The position numbers were made by a program, and so were the translations under genes. Below, piece after piece: positions 12,291 to 23,698 of a stretch of DNA of 63,724 nucleotides. The DNA is from Saprolegnia diclina VS20 (Eukaryota). Numbering within the stretch: the stretch's first letter is position 1; the number at the start of each line of letters is the position of its first letter. Below the pieces are notes generated by a model. It had not been told where the DNA came from and did no database searches. It was given only the letters and a program-made list of their open reading frames with translations. Location: assembly GCF_000281045.1 (NCBI RefSeq), contig NW_008246142.1, positions 30,634 through 94,357 of the forward strand. Reading direction: 5' to 3'.

Positions 12291-13596
12291 CTAGGTTTCC
12301 TTTGCCTTCCACTGCGCGTGCTCGTGCGGCGCCTTGCGCGTGGTAAAGCTGGACGCGGGTTCGCGGCCGCCGCCGTTGACGTGCTCCCAGTACTTGTTGA
12401 ATGACACAAAGTCGGCGCAGGTCACGTCCACCGCCTTGGTGCGCAGCATCGACGCCAAGAGCGTGCGCACCGACGTGGCGTCCGTGACGTACTCGGCCGG
12501 CAAGCGCAAGACCTTCATCGAGTGGTAGACATGCGACAAGACGCGGCAGAGCTGAACGAGCGCCGAGCCACACGTGTGCGTTGGCGCAACGTTCTTGTAT
12601 TCGTACCTGCACATATGGATGAATTTCGCCATATTACAAATTGGAAAGCCATACCGAATCGCTACGATATGGATTCGCGTCGAGGTCGGGAGCGCGGTCA
12701 GATCCACGTGGAAGGGCAAGACTGCCTTGCCGTTGCTCCGAGTACCCTACGCTCTCTCAGCGCCTGGACAATGTAGCTGCTGCCACCTCGGCGAAGACAA
12801 CGACGGGCCCGGACGCACGGCGAAGCACATCGGCGAGCTTGACGGGCTACGTGCAGATCGCATGAGCTGACAAGTCGTAGATATGACTTGGACATCGTAC
12901 CGACGACAGCGAGCTCAATGGCGGCGACATGGCTTGGCGGAGCGCACCAAGGACGGTGCACGATTGCACCAAGCCCTGCAAGAGACCACATGAGATCCAA
13001 GCGACCTAGCAACGAGCATGCGTACCTTGGCGCTGCTTTCCTTTTCGCTCGGAAACACAAACGTCGGCGAGTAGCGGAAGGCAAGGTAGAGCACGTCAAA
13101 GACACTCGAGTGGTTGCACACAATGAGGTCGCCGGCCGCGACGCGACGAAGCGACGGCGCCTTGGAACCAGGCGGGCTACATATCCGTGAGCGCATGAAG
13201 GCGATGCACTTCCAGCGTACAGCAGGCCCAGGCGGCGGACGTTGGCGTCTTCCTCCTTGACAAACATGGTCGTCACGACAAGGATGAGGCCGACGCAGAC
13301 CCAGTCGACAACCCGATGGACGAGCCGGCCAAGGAATGGAACGTAGCCCTAGCATTGACGCGTGTGAGCTACCGAGGCCATGTGGCAGGACGGCGCACGA
13401 GGAGCAGCGCGACTAGCTCGAGCAGCGACCAGAGCACCAGCAGTGGGAGGAGGAGGACCCAGCGGGCGAGCGCGACGACGCCGCCGACGAGGATCTGGCC
13501 CCAGCGCAGGACGACGTTGGACGGAAGTTTGTGGGGCGGCGGCACGAACGGGTTGATCCCGGTCGTCAAGTCGGACCAGCGGTTGTACTTCTCCAT
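12291..13596 (-). CDS. PlsC-type lysophosphatidic acid acyltransferase, Vps66/Loa1-like (multi-exon)
   Basis: N-terminus MEKYNRWSDLTTGINPF resembles fungal Loa1/Vps66. Hydrophobic segment, NHSSVFD (HxxxxD motif) and VVVFAE|GTRSNGKAVLPF. Confidence 0.8.
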
Positions 13597-13943
13597 GATG
13601 GCGCAAGAGTGCGAATGCGACAATTTTCGGCATTTTGACCTCGTCATGCCGAATTTAGCTGTCTCTTGCGTGAAGTGCAAACATGCGCAAGGCACCCACG
13701 GCTTGGTCAATCGAATGCAATTGGTATACTAGAAGCACATGAGTAAGGTCGTCGATAGGAGAAAGCTGCTGGATGGGTCGTTCGCTTCTCCATGGCCCAA
13801 GAGTCTCTCGCCCCGCACAAAGTGGCAGATGCCGAATGATCGAACCCACGGTGGATTGGCTAAAAGCCGCGTATTTTGACCAATGGCCTTTGACGAACGA
13901 TTTCGGCTAGGTGCGACCTTCCATTCCAGCGAACGAACGGACC

Positions 13944-14348
13944 ATGGCGGTGACGGGGAAGCGTGGCGTGGGTATCCCGACGATCTTGCTCCATGATGGC
14001 GAAGGTACGATCGTGACGGTCGAGCTCAAGAACGGCGACCTCTACCGCGGCTTCCTCGACGAGACCGAGGACAACATGAACTGCGTGCTCAAGGACGCCT
14101 ACCGGACCGATCTCCGTGGCATGCAATCGCACTGCGACCAAGTGTACCTGCGCGGGTCGCAGATCCTCTTTATCATCTTCCCAGACATGCTCAAGCACGC
14201 GCCCTTCTTCAAACGTGTCAAGCTATGGAAGAAGCACAAAGGCTCGATTCCAGCGCTGGGGCTCGGTGGCGGCGCCCACATTGGCCTTGGCAACAGCCAG
14301 CGCGGCCCGACCGGCGCGATGGTGCGCAAGGGGCCCGTGCGACGCTAG
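13944..14348 (+). CDS. SNRPD3: Small nuclear ribonucleoprotein Sm D3-like
   Basis: [27 protein letters not shown]...EDNMNC...VYLRGSQI...[10 protein letters not shown] match the Sm1/Sm2 motifs of SmD3. Intronless. Confidence 0.85.
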   Translation: MAVTGKRGVGIPTILLHDGEGTIVTVELKNGDLYRGFLDETEDNMNCVLKDAYRTDLRGMQSHCDQVYLRGSQILFIIFPDMLKHAPFFKRVKLWKKHKGSIPALGLGGGAHIGLGNSQRGPTGAMVRKGPVRR

Positions 14349-14404
14349 GCAGGTAGATGACTCTCTAATTGCTTTACTATTAAGAATGCACAGTGATCGT
14401 CTGT

Positions 14405-15594
14405 CTACTTTTGGTAGAGGTACACGGGGCGGCGAAAGCCCTGCGCCGACGTACTGCAAACCTTGAGCAGCGTCATGGAGCGAAACCCAACCGTCTCGAG
14501 CAAGTACGTGGCAAAGGCCGACGGGCGCAGCGCAATGCTGTCGTAGTGAGCCCGCGTCGTCGCGTTCGTGTCCCTGCGGTTGTGGTACGACTTCCATTTC
14601 TACGCCAACAAAACTGCTGCAAGGGCCCAATTCCTCGCAAAGTCGTACCTGCGGCTCCAAGATGAAGTACCCGCCCGGCAAGAGCAGCGCGTACGCGAGG
14701 TGGAAGAGCTGCTGGATGCCTGCGTCGCCATGGTACAGGTGGATCCATTTGGTGACGCTCAAGCTACGCACTCGTGAGCGGCAAGAAGAGCCAACACGCA
14801 CGCTTACCACGTAATGACGTCATAGTCTTTGCCCGTGTGCACGTCGGTCGCAATGTTTTCGCGCTTGAAGACCACGTTGTACGGGAAGCGCACCCTAGAA
14901 GAGGCATGCGTGGGTCGTCGTGAGTGTGATTGATGGGGTCAAACCCGGAGGCAAAGCTGCCAATGTTGGGCAGCGGGTCCACGCTGGGCTGCGTCGACGC
15001 CGGTGGCTTCCATAGGCGAAAAGAGAGCGGCAGCTCTTCGTCGTCGTCGTCGTCGTTGCCTGCATCATCGCGCTGCTTTTCATCCTGCCGACCATGGTCT
15101 TTTTGCACTTCGCGGAAGGCTTCGGTGACGGCTAATTTGGAAATGTACTCCTTAAGCGTCGCGCGCGCTTGTGTGATGAGGTCGGCGTCGCAGTCGATGC
15201 CCATGATGAACGCCGGGGCAAAGCGACGCGCTGGTTGCCAAAGCATGAGGTCAAACGAAGCTAATGCTGCAAGACGTACCCACTTCAAGCGTAAAGTCGC
15301 CCGAGTTGCAGCCAATGTCGAGGGCCTTCTTGCCTTCAAACCACTCGCGCTGGAAGATGGCGAGGCGCGAGTCTTCTTCGAGCTTGCCCTCGATCGCGCC
15401 GTTGCCCCAGCGAAACGCGTAGTACCTACAAGATACCGTTGACAACGAGGATGGAAGGTCGATGCAACTTGCTTCTTAAAGTTGCCGACACGTAGTGCAT
15501 CCGCGTCCTTTGCAGCGTCTGCGGCCTTGCTTGTTGCGAGCTTCGAGCGCTTGTCCTCGGCGCCCATGTCGCCGCGGTCTCCCCGTCGCTTCAT
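14405..15594 (-). CDS. MEPCE: Bin3/MePCE RNA methylphosphate capping enzyme (SAM-dependent methyltransferase)
   Basis: [59 protein letters not shown] and [11 protein letters not shown]. Confidence 0.92.
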
Positions 15595-15718
15595 TGCGGA
15601 TTCGAAAATAGCAACGATGCCATTGGTGCTAAAGTCGTCGAAATTCAAATCATTTTAGCCAATCGCATTGAAACAGGTCGCTATCGGCAGTCCTTGGCCA
15701 AAACACGAAGTCATCCTC

Positions 15719-17735
15719 ATGGGGAAGAAGGACAAGAAGGTGAGCGCGTCGGCCGCGCCGACGACCAAGGTCATCTCCAACGTCCCGCTCTCGCTGCCGA
15801 GTACGCCATCATCGCCATGGTCCTCTTCGAACGACCAAGCTCATGCGCTGTGTAGTTCTTGAGACGATCAAGTTTAGCCAGCAGCAGAACGGCCTGCGCT
15901 TCGGCGACTACTCGCGCTACCGCCAGCACTGCGCGCGCCGCCTGCGACGCCTGCGCAAGGGCCTCAAGTTCACGCATGGCAAGGGCAAGGGCTTTGTCGC
16001 CAAGGAGGTCACGCCGGCGAACGCCGCCGAAGTGCGCCACTTGATGCTGCCGCTGTACCACTCGGAGCGCGCGTGGAGCTACGCGATGCAGCTGCGCGAG
16101 GACGAGCGCAACGACAAGGAGGAGAACGGCGACGAGGCGAGCAGCCGCATCAAGTTCCACCTCATGGGCCGCCTCAAGAAGGCGGTTGCATGGTCCGACA
16201 AGCTTGTGTCGCTTTGCTCGGAGCGCGCGGACGCCCGTACGAGCCTAGAAGCCGAGGCGTATGCGTCGTACATGGCTGGCAACCTCGCGCTGTACAAGGA
16301 AGAGTGGAAGCTGGCGCTCGAGAAGTTTACGACCGCCCAGCGCATCTACAGCGAGCTCGCCAAGGTCGGGACGTCGGTCCAGCAGGACCTCGTGCACCAG
16401 ATCCTCGAAGAGATTAGCCCGTTCATGCGCTACTGCGAATACAACCTCAACATGGTCTCGGGCGGCGCGTCGGCCGAGCTGCTGCACGAACTTCGCGAGT
16501 CGACGACGTCGGCGCTGCTGCAGTCCAAGATCGACCAGGTCTTCCATGCCGAGGCCAAGACGAAGGCCAAGACGATGGCGCAGATCACGTGGAACGGCCG
16601 CGCGGTCGCGATCCCGTCCGACGACGTACGTCCCGCTAAGGCTCCTCTTCATCTCATCGCTTGCGTAGCTCTCACTGGCCATGGTGCGCCCCGACGAGCA
16701 TCTCGCCAAGCTCGCCAAGGCATCGACAGACCTCACCGAGAAGAAGCGCGATGCGATTTACGTGGCGCTCTTTGGGTAAACCCATCGTCTTCACTTCTCT
16801 CGCCCAACTCGTCCTATGCCACTAGTGCGTACGACAACATTCTGCGTCAGCTCGGCAACGAGCGCACCAAGACGGACGCCATGAAGAGCGGCTTCATGGC
16901 CGAAGCGCAGCGCGACAACATTGCGGCCCTTGAAGAGTACACGCGCTTCCTCAAGCAAGTGCACACGGTACCGCCGACTATGGCAAAGCAGCAGATGTGG
17001 ACACGACTCGCCTTCTAGGCCCAGCGCAACTTGACGCTCATGCAGCAGCTCAAGGCTCGACTTGGCGTGGACCGGTCGCCCGGCGACATGATCCATATCA
17101 TTGAAATGCTGCTGCAGAACATCGAGGACATGAAGGCGCTGCCGGGCGCCGCGTCGCACGAGCTCTTTAGCACCAAGTTTGCGGTGCTCCAGCCGCTTTT
17201 GGCTGCGATGCGCGCCAACTATGTGGCACAAATGTACCTTGCTGGCAAGAAGGTACTAGCTCGGTCTGTGCTCGATTACCCACTCTTCTACTAGTACCCT
17301 GAAGCGATGGCGCTTTTCGAATTGGCCAAGACCAACGTTGCGGTCGCCGACGCCATGCCGACCTCGGACGCCGACGTGCTCGCGCTTCGCGACGAGCTGC
17401 GCCCGCAGGTGCTTGGCGCCACGCCGCGTGTGAATGCGAGCGCGTTTTTGTATGGCTCGACCGACGCGGTCCGTGCGACGCTCGAGAAGCTCGACGTCAA
17501 CGACGACGGCGCCAAGAGCCTCCTCGAGCGCCAGCACGAGTACGAGAGCGGCGCCCGCGCCCGCGCCCACGACGTGGTCAAGCTGCCGCCGTCGATGGTG
17601 GCGATTCCGCCCAAGCCACTGCTGTTTGACATTGCGGGGAGTGAGCTCGCGTTTCCGGACCTCCAAGCGCGCCTCGACGAGCTCAACCCCAAGACGTCGT
17701 CGGGCGGTGGCCTCTTTGGCTGGCTGCGCGGCTAA
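15719..17735 (+). CDS. SRP68: Signal recognition particle subunit SRP68 (multi-exon)
   Basis: QQQNGLRFGDYSRYRQHCARRLRRLRK, SERAWSYAMQL, LEAEAY and C-terminal IPPKPLLFDIA...GLFGWLRG. Confidence 0.93.
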
Positions 17736-17797
17736 GCATGTAGAGGAAGACCGACTTGATACAAAATGCAGCAACCGATATATGTGTGATTGCCTGC

Positions 17798-18255
17798 TTA
17801 TTGCTGCTTCTTGGCGCGCAGAGCGTCGGCGGACGGCTGCACCTCGTTCGCATCGTCCTCGTCCTCGTCATCGTCGTTGGCGAGCGCGGCGAGGCGCTGC
17901 TTGAAGGCGAGAGCCTCGGCCTTTTCGCGGGCCACGATTTCCTCGTCCTCGCTAAGCTCGCGGGGCGAGAGGTGCGCAAGGAGCCGGAAGAAGATGGCGA
18001 TCCAGATGAGCGGGTAGGCAAACTCACGCGAGACTTGGTCAAAGTACCTACGTCGGCGACCGTGACGGACGTGATGAGACGACGGGAGGGGTACGTGGTG
18101 TATTCGTAGATGAGCGTCATGCCGACGCCGATTAGGAGGAAGGCGAGGACGTGCTGGTACTGCTGCACGGGGCCGTAGTCGGGGATGCTCGACCAGTTCC
18201 ACGGCGCGACGGGCTCGGGCGGCCCGAACGACTCGACTTCGGCTTCCTCCGCCAT
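17798..18255 (-). CDS. Small two-TM membrane protein with acidic tail, function unknown (2 exons)
   Basis: MAEEAEVES...VLAFLLIGVGMTLIYEYTT|YFDQ...LIWIAIFFRLLAHL...DDDEDEDD...KKQQ*. GT-AG intron and coding-like codon usage. Confidence 0.7.
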
Positions 18256-18549
18256 GCTCGCAATGCCCAATCGCCGTCCGTGGGTGTGAATAAAACCCAT
18301 TTTTCTGTTTTAAACACAAGATCGGGGCTAGGGCTTGCCACGTCACGGAGCTTGCCCGCAGGATAGCCACGTCACTTGCTCTGACTGCGGGAGCGCGCAT
18401 CGAGTGCGGGCCTTGTGTAAGCTCCTAACGAGCTTTGTACAGACCGTTTTAGTTTCATGGGCTCTCCATTTGATACAAACCCCTCACGCCTTGCGATCGC
18501 GACGCGCGTTGTCGTCCTACAAGAGAGCGCATGCGCCATCAGAGTCATT

Positions 18550-18870
18550 GGAGTTGAAGGCTGCTTGCTGCTTGTGTTCCTCAACAAGAGCTGGGTCCAA
18601 GTCTCCAACCGCCCTTGGGCGCGAACGTCTTTGGGTACCCAAACACACCGAGGATGCTGAGCTGCCGTCAAGAACGCAGTTTATCAAGTCGCTCACGTCA
18701 CAGTCCAAGATCCGATGGGTGCTCGACTACCGCCACTCGAACTCGCAGCAAGAGATCCCACGCATCCCGTGACGCGCTCTTCGATCGCATGAAGGACTCC
18801 TAGTGGGTCTCGAAGCTCGACCTTGCAACTACGATGCTCGTCGATCCCGAGTCCCGCAAGCTCACGGCAG
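18550..18870 (+). mobile_element. Degenerate Ty3/Gypsy LTR-retrotransposon reverse-transcriptase fragment
   Basis: Reading across frameshifts and a stop gives LNKSWVQVSNRPW / NVFG / VPK...KIRWVLDYRHSNSQ...IPRI / DALFDRMKDS*WVSKLDLA...MLVDPESRKLTA. This follows the Gypsy RT pattern SPW..VPK..R..DYR..N..P..D.LFD..SKLDL..TAF. Confidence 0.7.
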
Positions 18871-19458
18871 ATGCACTCAAGAGACACGTACGAGTGGCTC
18901 GTGGCACTGATGGGGTGGTGGTTGAAGGTTGCGATGCGGCAAGCGCCCGTCTTGGCCTTGACCACGATCGCCGGTTCATTGCCACCAGCTACGGCATCGG
19001 TGTATCGCACACGAGTCCAACGAGGACGACCCAATTGCCTTCATGCCCAAGAAACTCGCTGGTGCTAAGCTCCACGGGCCTGCGCACAAGAAGAAGCTCA
19101 ACGCGATTCTGACGGCGCTGCCCAAAAAGCCTAGGTGCGTCGTTCAAGGTCTTCACGTACAAGCGTGCGTACAGCTGGCTCCTCGACGCCGAGGTCCTTG
19201 GCCTCGCCGATACTGTCAGTGGACTTCTGACCGAGTGAGACGAGGAGCGCTATTCTCACGAGCCCGCCGTCGCAACAAGGTGCGCAAGCGGATATCGTCC
19301 GTCGCAGCAGTCGAGCCTCGACTCGCCGTCGTCATCATTGAGATGCTTGCGACACCGTCGCTGCCACCATGGCAAGGCGCCCTCATCTGTTGGAGCACAA
19401 TGTCTTGTGTGCAATCGCGTTTGAACTGGAAGAGTACAAATGTAGATTGCTCGGCGGC

Positions 19459-21578
19459 TTATTGAATGTACGCATACCCGCGCTTCTTGGCGGCGCGAAC
19501 GCGGCCGACGTAAAAGCCGACGCCGACGCTGAGCGCGATGATGACGACGAGGATCATGAACACCATGGCGCCGAGAGACGACGCACTCGCGCCGCCGAGC
19601 GGGTCGTAGTACCCGACGCTCTTGAGGTACCAGTCAGGATACCCCATCGGCGTTGCACTCAATAGCGCGCTCGTCGCATTCGCCATGACGTATCCGTCGT
19701 GGAAGCGCGTGACGACGTTCGTAAAGAGCGCGAAGAAGACGTCGTGGGCTTGCGTCGTTGCCACGTCGGCGTTGGTCGTCAAGTACGCGACCATCGCGTC
19801 GTCGCCCTGGAGATCGCGCAGCGCCGGCGCCACACGGTCGACGTCCTTGAGCGCTAGCACACTCGAGCGGTGAGCTCAAAGATGCGTCGATCGTATCCTA
19901 CTTGATTGCATGGCCGACTCGAGCGCAACCTGCGTCTCGGCAATCACCGGGTGCGCAAACTTGTAGTAGCGCGCCGCGTAGTTGCCGAGGACGGCGTGGA
20001 GCCAAAACGTGACGTTCAAATCAAACGCCCGCAGCGAGCCTTGGCTCAGAAGCGCCGGCACCTCCGAGATGCACACGTGCAGCGGGATGTACGTGTTGGC
20101 GTCCGGAGCGTACGCGCCAAACCTACGCATAAGATCTCATCGTCTCGGAAACGACTGGACGACGGCAACGTACCAGAGGAGCCCGAGGGTTTGCGACGAG
20201 GTCGTTGGTACCGCGACGAACGAGTACGTGGACGCGGCCACTGCAATGCTACGCTCAAAGCGGCCGCCGTTCTGTGATGTAGCGTAGCGTTCCGGGTCGC
20301 CAAAAGGACCGGCGGCCGGTCCCTGGGTCAAGTCGAAGGCCGTGCCTTCAAAGTGGTCGCGCTGATAGGCCATGAGGTCGTGGGCAGAGAGCGGACTCGC
20401 CGGCTAAGAATCGTTTGAGAGGGATGTATACAGGTCGTCGATGTCCTTACCGCCATCGAGAAGGGATAGTTGCTCGCGTACAAGTCCGTGAACGGGCTCA
20501 GCGCGGTGGACGGGTCGGCGAGGTTGAAGACACGCCACACACGGCGCGTCGACGCATCTGACGACGCTCCTGTGTATGCAAACGCCTTTGTAAAGTCAAA
20601 TGGCAAAGTCGGCTCCCAAAACCCGCTGCGCGCCGCGACATCGCGGAGGTTGGACGAGTAGAGAAAGTTGTCGGCGTCGTCAAAGTGGATTTCCCGAAGT
20701 ACAAACTCGTTGGCGACAACGGCAATGTGGGTGTCGGGCACGCGCTGGGCGGCCCAGAGCGCCGACGCGCCCGTGTCGTCGGGCAGAATGTGAAACATCC
20801 ACGCCTCGACCGTGTCGGTGATCGTGAGCGCTTCGCCAGCGCTCGCGTATGCGTCGTCCGTGCCCCAGTCCGAGCCATAGTACCTAGTCCAGCATATTTG
20901 CAAAAGCCAGCATGAGAGCGTGGACAGTCATACCCGTACGTCTCGGCAAGACGACCCATGAGCAAAATGGCATCCCGCGCTGTCGTTGTGCGCTCGAGCG
21001 CGATGCGGCCGAGCTCGGTAATATCGAGGAGCGCGAGCCCGCCGTCCGAGATGGGCCGCGACACGAACCGCGCACCGCACGTGCTCTCGCCCATGGCGAG
21101 CTGATGCTCGTTCATGATGCCGTACACGCCTTCGAGGTACCCGTACGTGGCGTTCACTTGCGGGATTTGGCCAATCGGCTGCGTGACGTTCCAGTCGTAA
21201 AAGCGGTCGTCGAGGTTCTCGGGCGAATAGACCGGCCCGCGATCGTCCCCGACTAGCCACGGCTGAGAACTCGAGATGGGCATCGATGAGTACCGTAGCG
21301 AGGGTACTGCGAGGTCGGAGCAAAGATCGGCCGCGTGTCGCCTGCTTCGTATTCCTTTGCTGGGATCTTGGCGAGGCGAAAGTCGCAGTCAGGGCAGTCG
21401 TTGCTGTGGGTCGTCATGGGCGAGCCCGAGGTCGACGCCTGCCATGCCTTTGTAAGTCGCCACGCTCCAAGACGAGGGCGATGTGTACCTGGGCGCCGAC
21501 GAGGATGGCCGTGCAGCGGTCTTTGACGCCTGCGACGGCGTCGAGAAGCAGCGCGGAGACGGCGAGGACGAGGCGCAT
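19459..21578 (-). CDS. Peptidase family C69 (dipeptidase/secernin-like), type I membrane protein (multi-exon)
   Basis: Signal peptide, nucleophile motif CTAILVG, YGIMNEHQLAMGESTC, IALERTTTARDAI, GEALTITD, WAAQRVPD, AGPFGDPERY and a C-terminal TM. Confidence 0.92.
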
Positions 21579-22581
21579 GGCGTGCGACGGCGCAAGATGT
21601 CGAATGACACAACTAAGATCTTCTTCCGCCGCGCTATCCGGATCGGAGGCGGTTACACGGCGAAACTCAAAAGCTACTTTTTCACGCTTGCACTGGGTCA
21701 TTGAGAATCATTGGCACCAGAAGCGTCGAGTGAGAATAAGCTCTGCTTGCGCTCTTCCTGCGGGTTGGTCGGCGTCGTTGACGAGTGCCATAGCAAACGT
21801 GTGGCAAATCTGACGGCAGGCTTCGCCACCACTCAAGTATCGAAGCCCTTGACCAGGCGCCGAGAATACTTCGGCTAAGGCGCCGCAACCGGCGGCTACT
21901 CGTACTCCCATTTTCTCCGCCAGAGTAGCTTGCAGGAACCGACGTCTTTTCTCCCAGTTGAACCGGCGGTTGCTGCGGCCGGAGATCGCGACGACGTCAT
22001 CGGTCGCCACGGCCATGCGCCAGCAGTCGTTGGCATTGCAGAGCAGACGGGTACACTTTGGTCGCTCGTTGACTCGTCGCTCGCAGCCGTCGCTTGTCGA
22101 ATAGATAGAGGGATAGACGCTTTGGATTCTAGCATCTCGATGAAGTGTCTTTACCGCCAGATCCAGGATCCACTGCGACCTGGTCGCGCGCAGGTGCGTC
22201 GGCATCCGTCTGCATTTGCAAACATGTTTCTGTATGAAAATTCTGTATCAACGTCTGGTACCACATTCTGTACGAAATGCTGGATCGAACGCGACAGGCG
22301 TGGTGGCGTCGGCTCGTGCATCGCGTGCGTCATCCTAGCGTCCGTCGCGTGCGCGTCACAACCGGTCGGAGACAATGCTAGCGCATCAGACGGTAGTCTG
22401 ATCACCGCAATTCGAAAGCCGACTAGAAAGCCACGACCGTAGCGATCCTCAAGTGCATCAAGTCCCTTGGCCGAGGCCCAGCCCTCAGCCTGGCGTCAGA
22501 CTCGGTGTGTCACCATTTGTGTGGCGGACGTCTTGGGTATAGAAGGAGGGAGGGTAGGAACGTATGAATTAGGCAAAGTCT

Positions 22582-23378
22582 TTACAAGACGCCGTAGTGG
22601 CGCTCAAAGCCGTTGAGAAGACGCGCGACGGCCTGCGCACCGCTCAACTAACACAAGATTTGAGATTTAGCGAGGCGGAATAGGGGATAACGCACCGGGT
22701 ATTCCGAGACCGAGATCATCTCGTCCACGTATGGGCACATCTCCTTGGAGACGTGGCCGTGGGCCATCGCGCCGAGCACAAACACGACCGGCTCGCGCGG
22801 GAGCTCCGAGACAAACTCCCACGGGTCCACGAGGTTGCCCGTGCACGAACAGCCGTACTTTTTAATGTTGGCCGGCAAGTGCGCGTCGATCGGGTTCTTG
22901 ATGACCTTGAGCAGCGTCGTCTTGCCGTCCGACGACCGAATCTTGAGCGTGTGGAGCAATTGCACTAGATACGCGCGAACTTGTAAGCGCACATATATGC
23001 ATAAATATCGAGCGTACCCATGAGGCCGGCGAAGCGCTTGTACGTGCGCGGGATGCGCATTTGCGAGCTCACTTCAATGAGCACGTTCTTGGCGCTGCGA
23101 ATGTAGACCTAGGATGCTGTGAGGATCCTAGCAGGTATGCTAACTCTATGGACCTTGAGGTACCCGGCCTTGTTGAGCGGACTGTCGAGCAGCGCCATGA
23201 GCTCTTGGTGCAAGATATCGGGGCGCGACGCCGACGGGTCCTTGTTGTGCTTCTTGTGGATGCCCTTGTGGTCATCGCAGTTGAGGAGCTGGTGGCCCTT
23301 GGCGGTCTTGACCGTCTCCAGCGCAGCGTTCTCAAGGATCACAATCACCTGCGGCTTCGTCTCGAGCTTCTTGGACAT
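22582..23378 (-). CDS. EMG1: 18S rRNA pseudouridine N1-methyltransferase Nep1/EMG1 (4 exons)
   Basis: LLNCDDH, RPDILHQELMALLDSPLNKAG, RIPRTYKRFAGLM|VQLL, GAMAHG and SEYP|LSGA. Confidence 0.96.
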
Positions 23379-23408
23379 CGTCGGTATTGGGATATAAAGC
23401 GCAGCAAC

Positions 23409-23526
23409 GATTGGTGGCGCCACGTCGACCAATCAACACGCCGCCTCCCAACCGGTTTGGGCGCCAGGTTTACCGTCTCGCTTGTGCGGATTGGCTATAA
23501 TGGCCGTCCCAACTTGATTTGATTGG
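23409..23526. promoter_or_regulatory. Cluster of CCAAT/ATTGG boxes upstream of EMG1
   Basis: GATTGG at 23409, CCAATC at 23429, GATTGG at 23489 and 23521, all within about 150 nt of the ATG. Confidence 0.5.
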
Positions 23527-23698
23527 TGAATATTCCTGGATATGCAGATCACCCACTACGTATGTCATACAAACATCGTATATATGACGTGGCGTTGTGA
23601 CATCGTGCGTCGGGCCAACACACGCTCTGCACGTCACAAAACTTCAATCAGGATTACCTATCATCAGGCGACAAGACGCGCTGCACAGAGCCAAAGCG

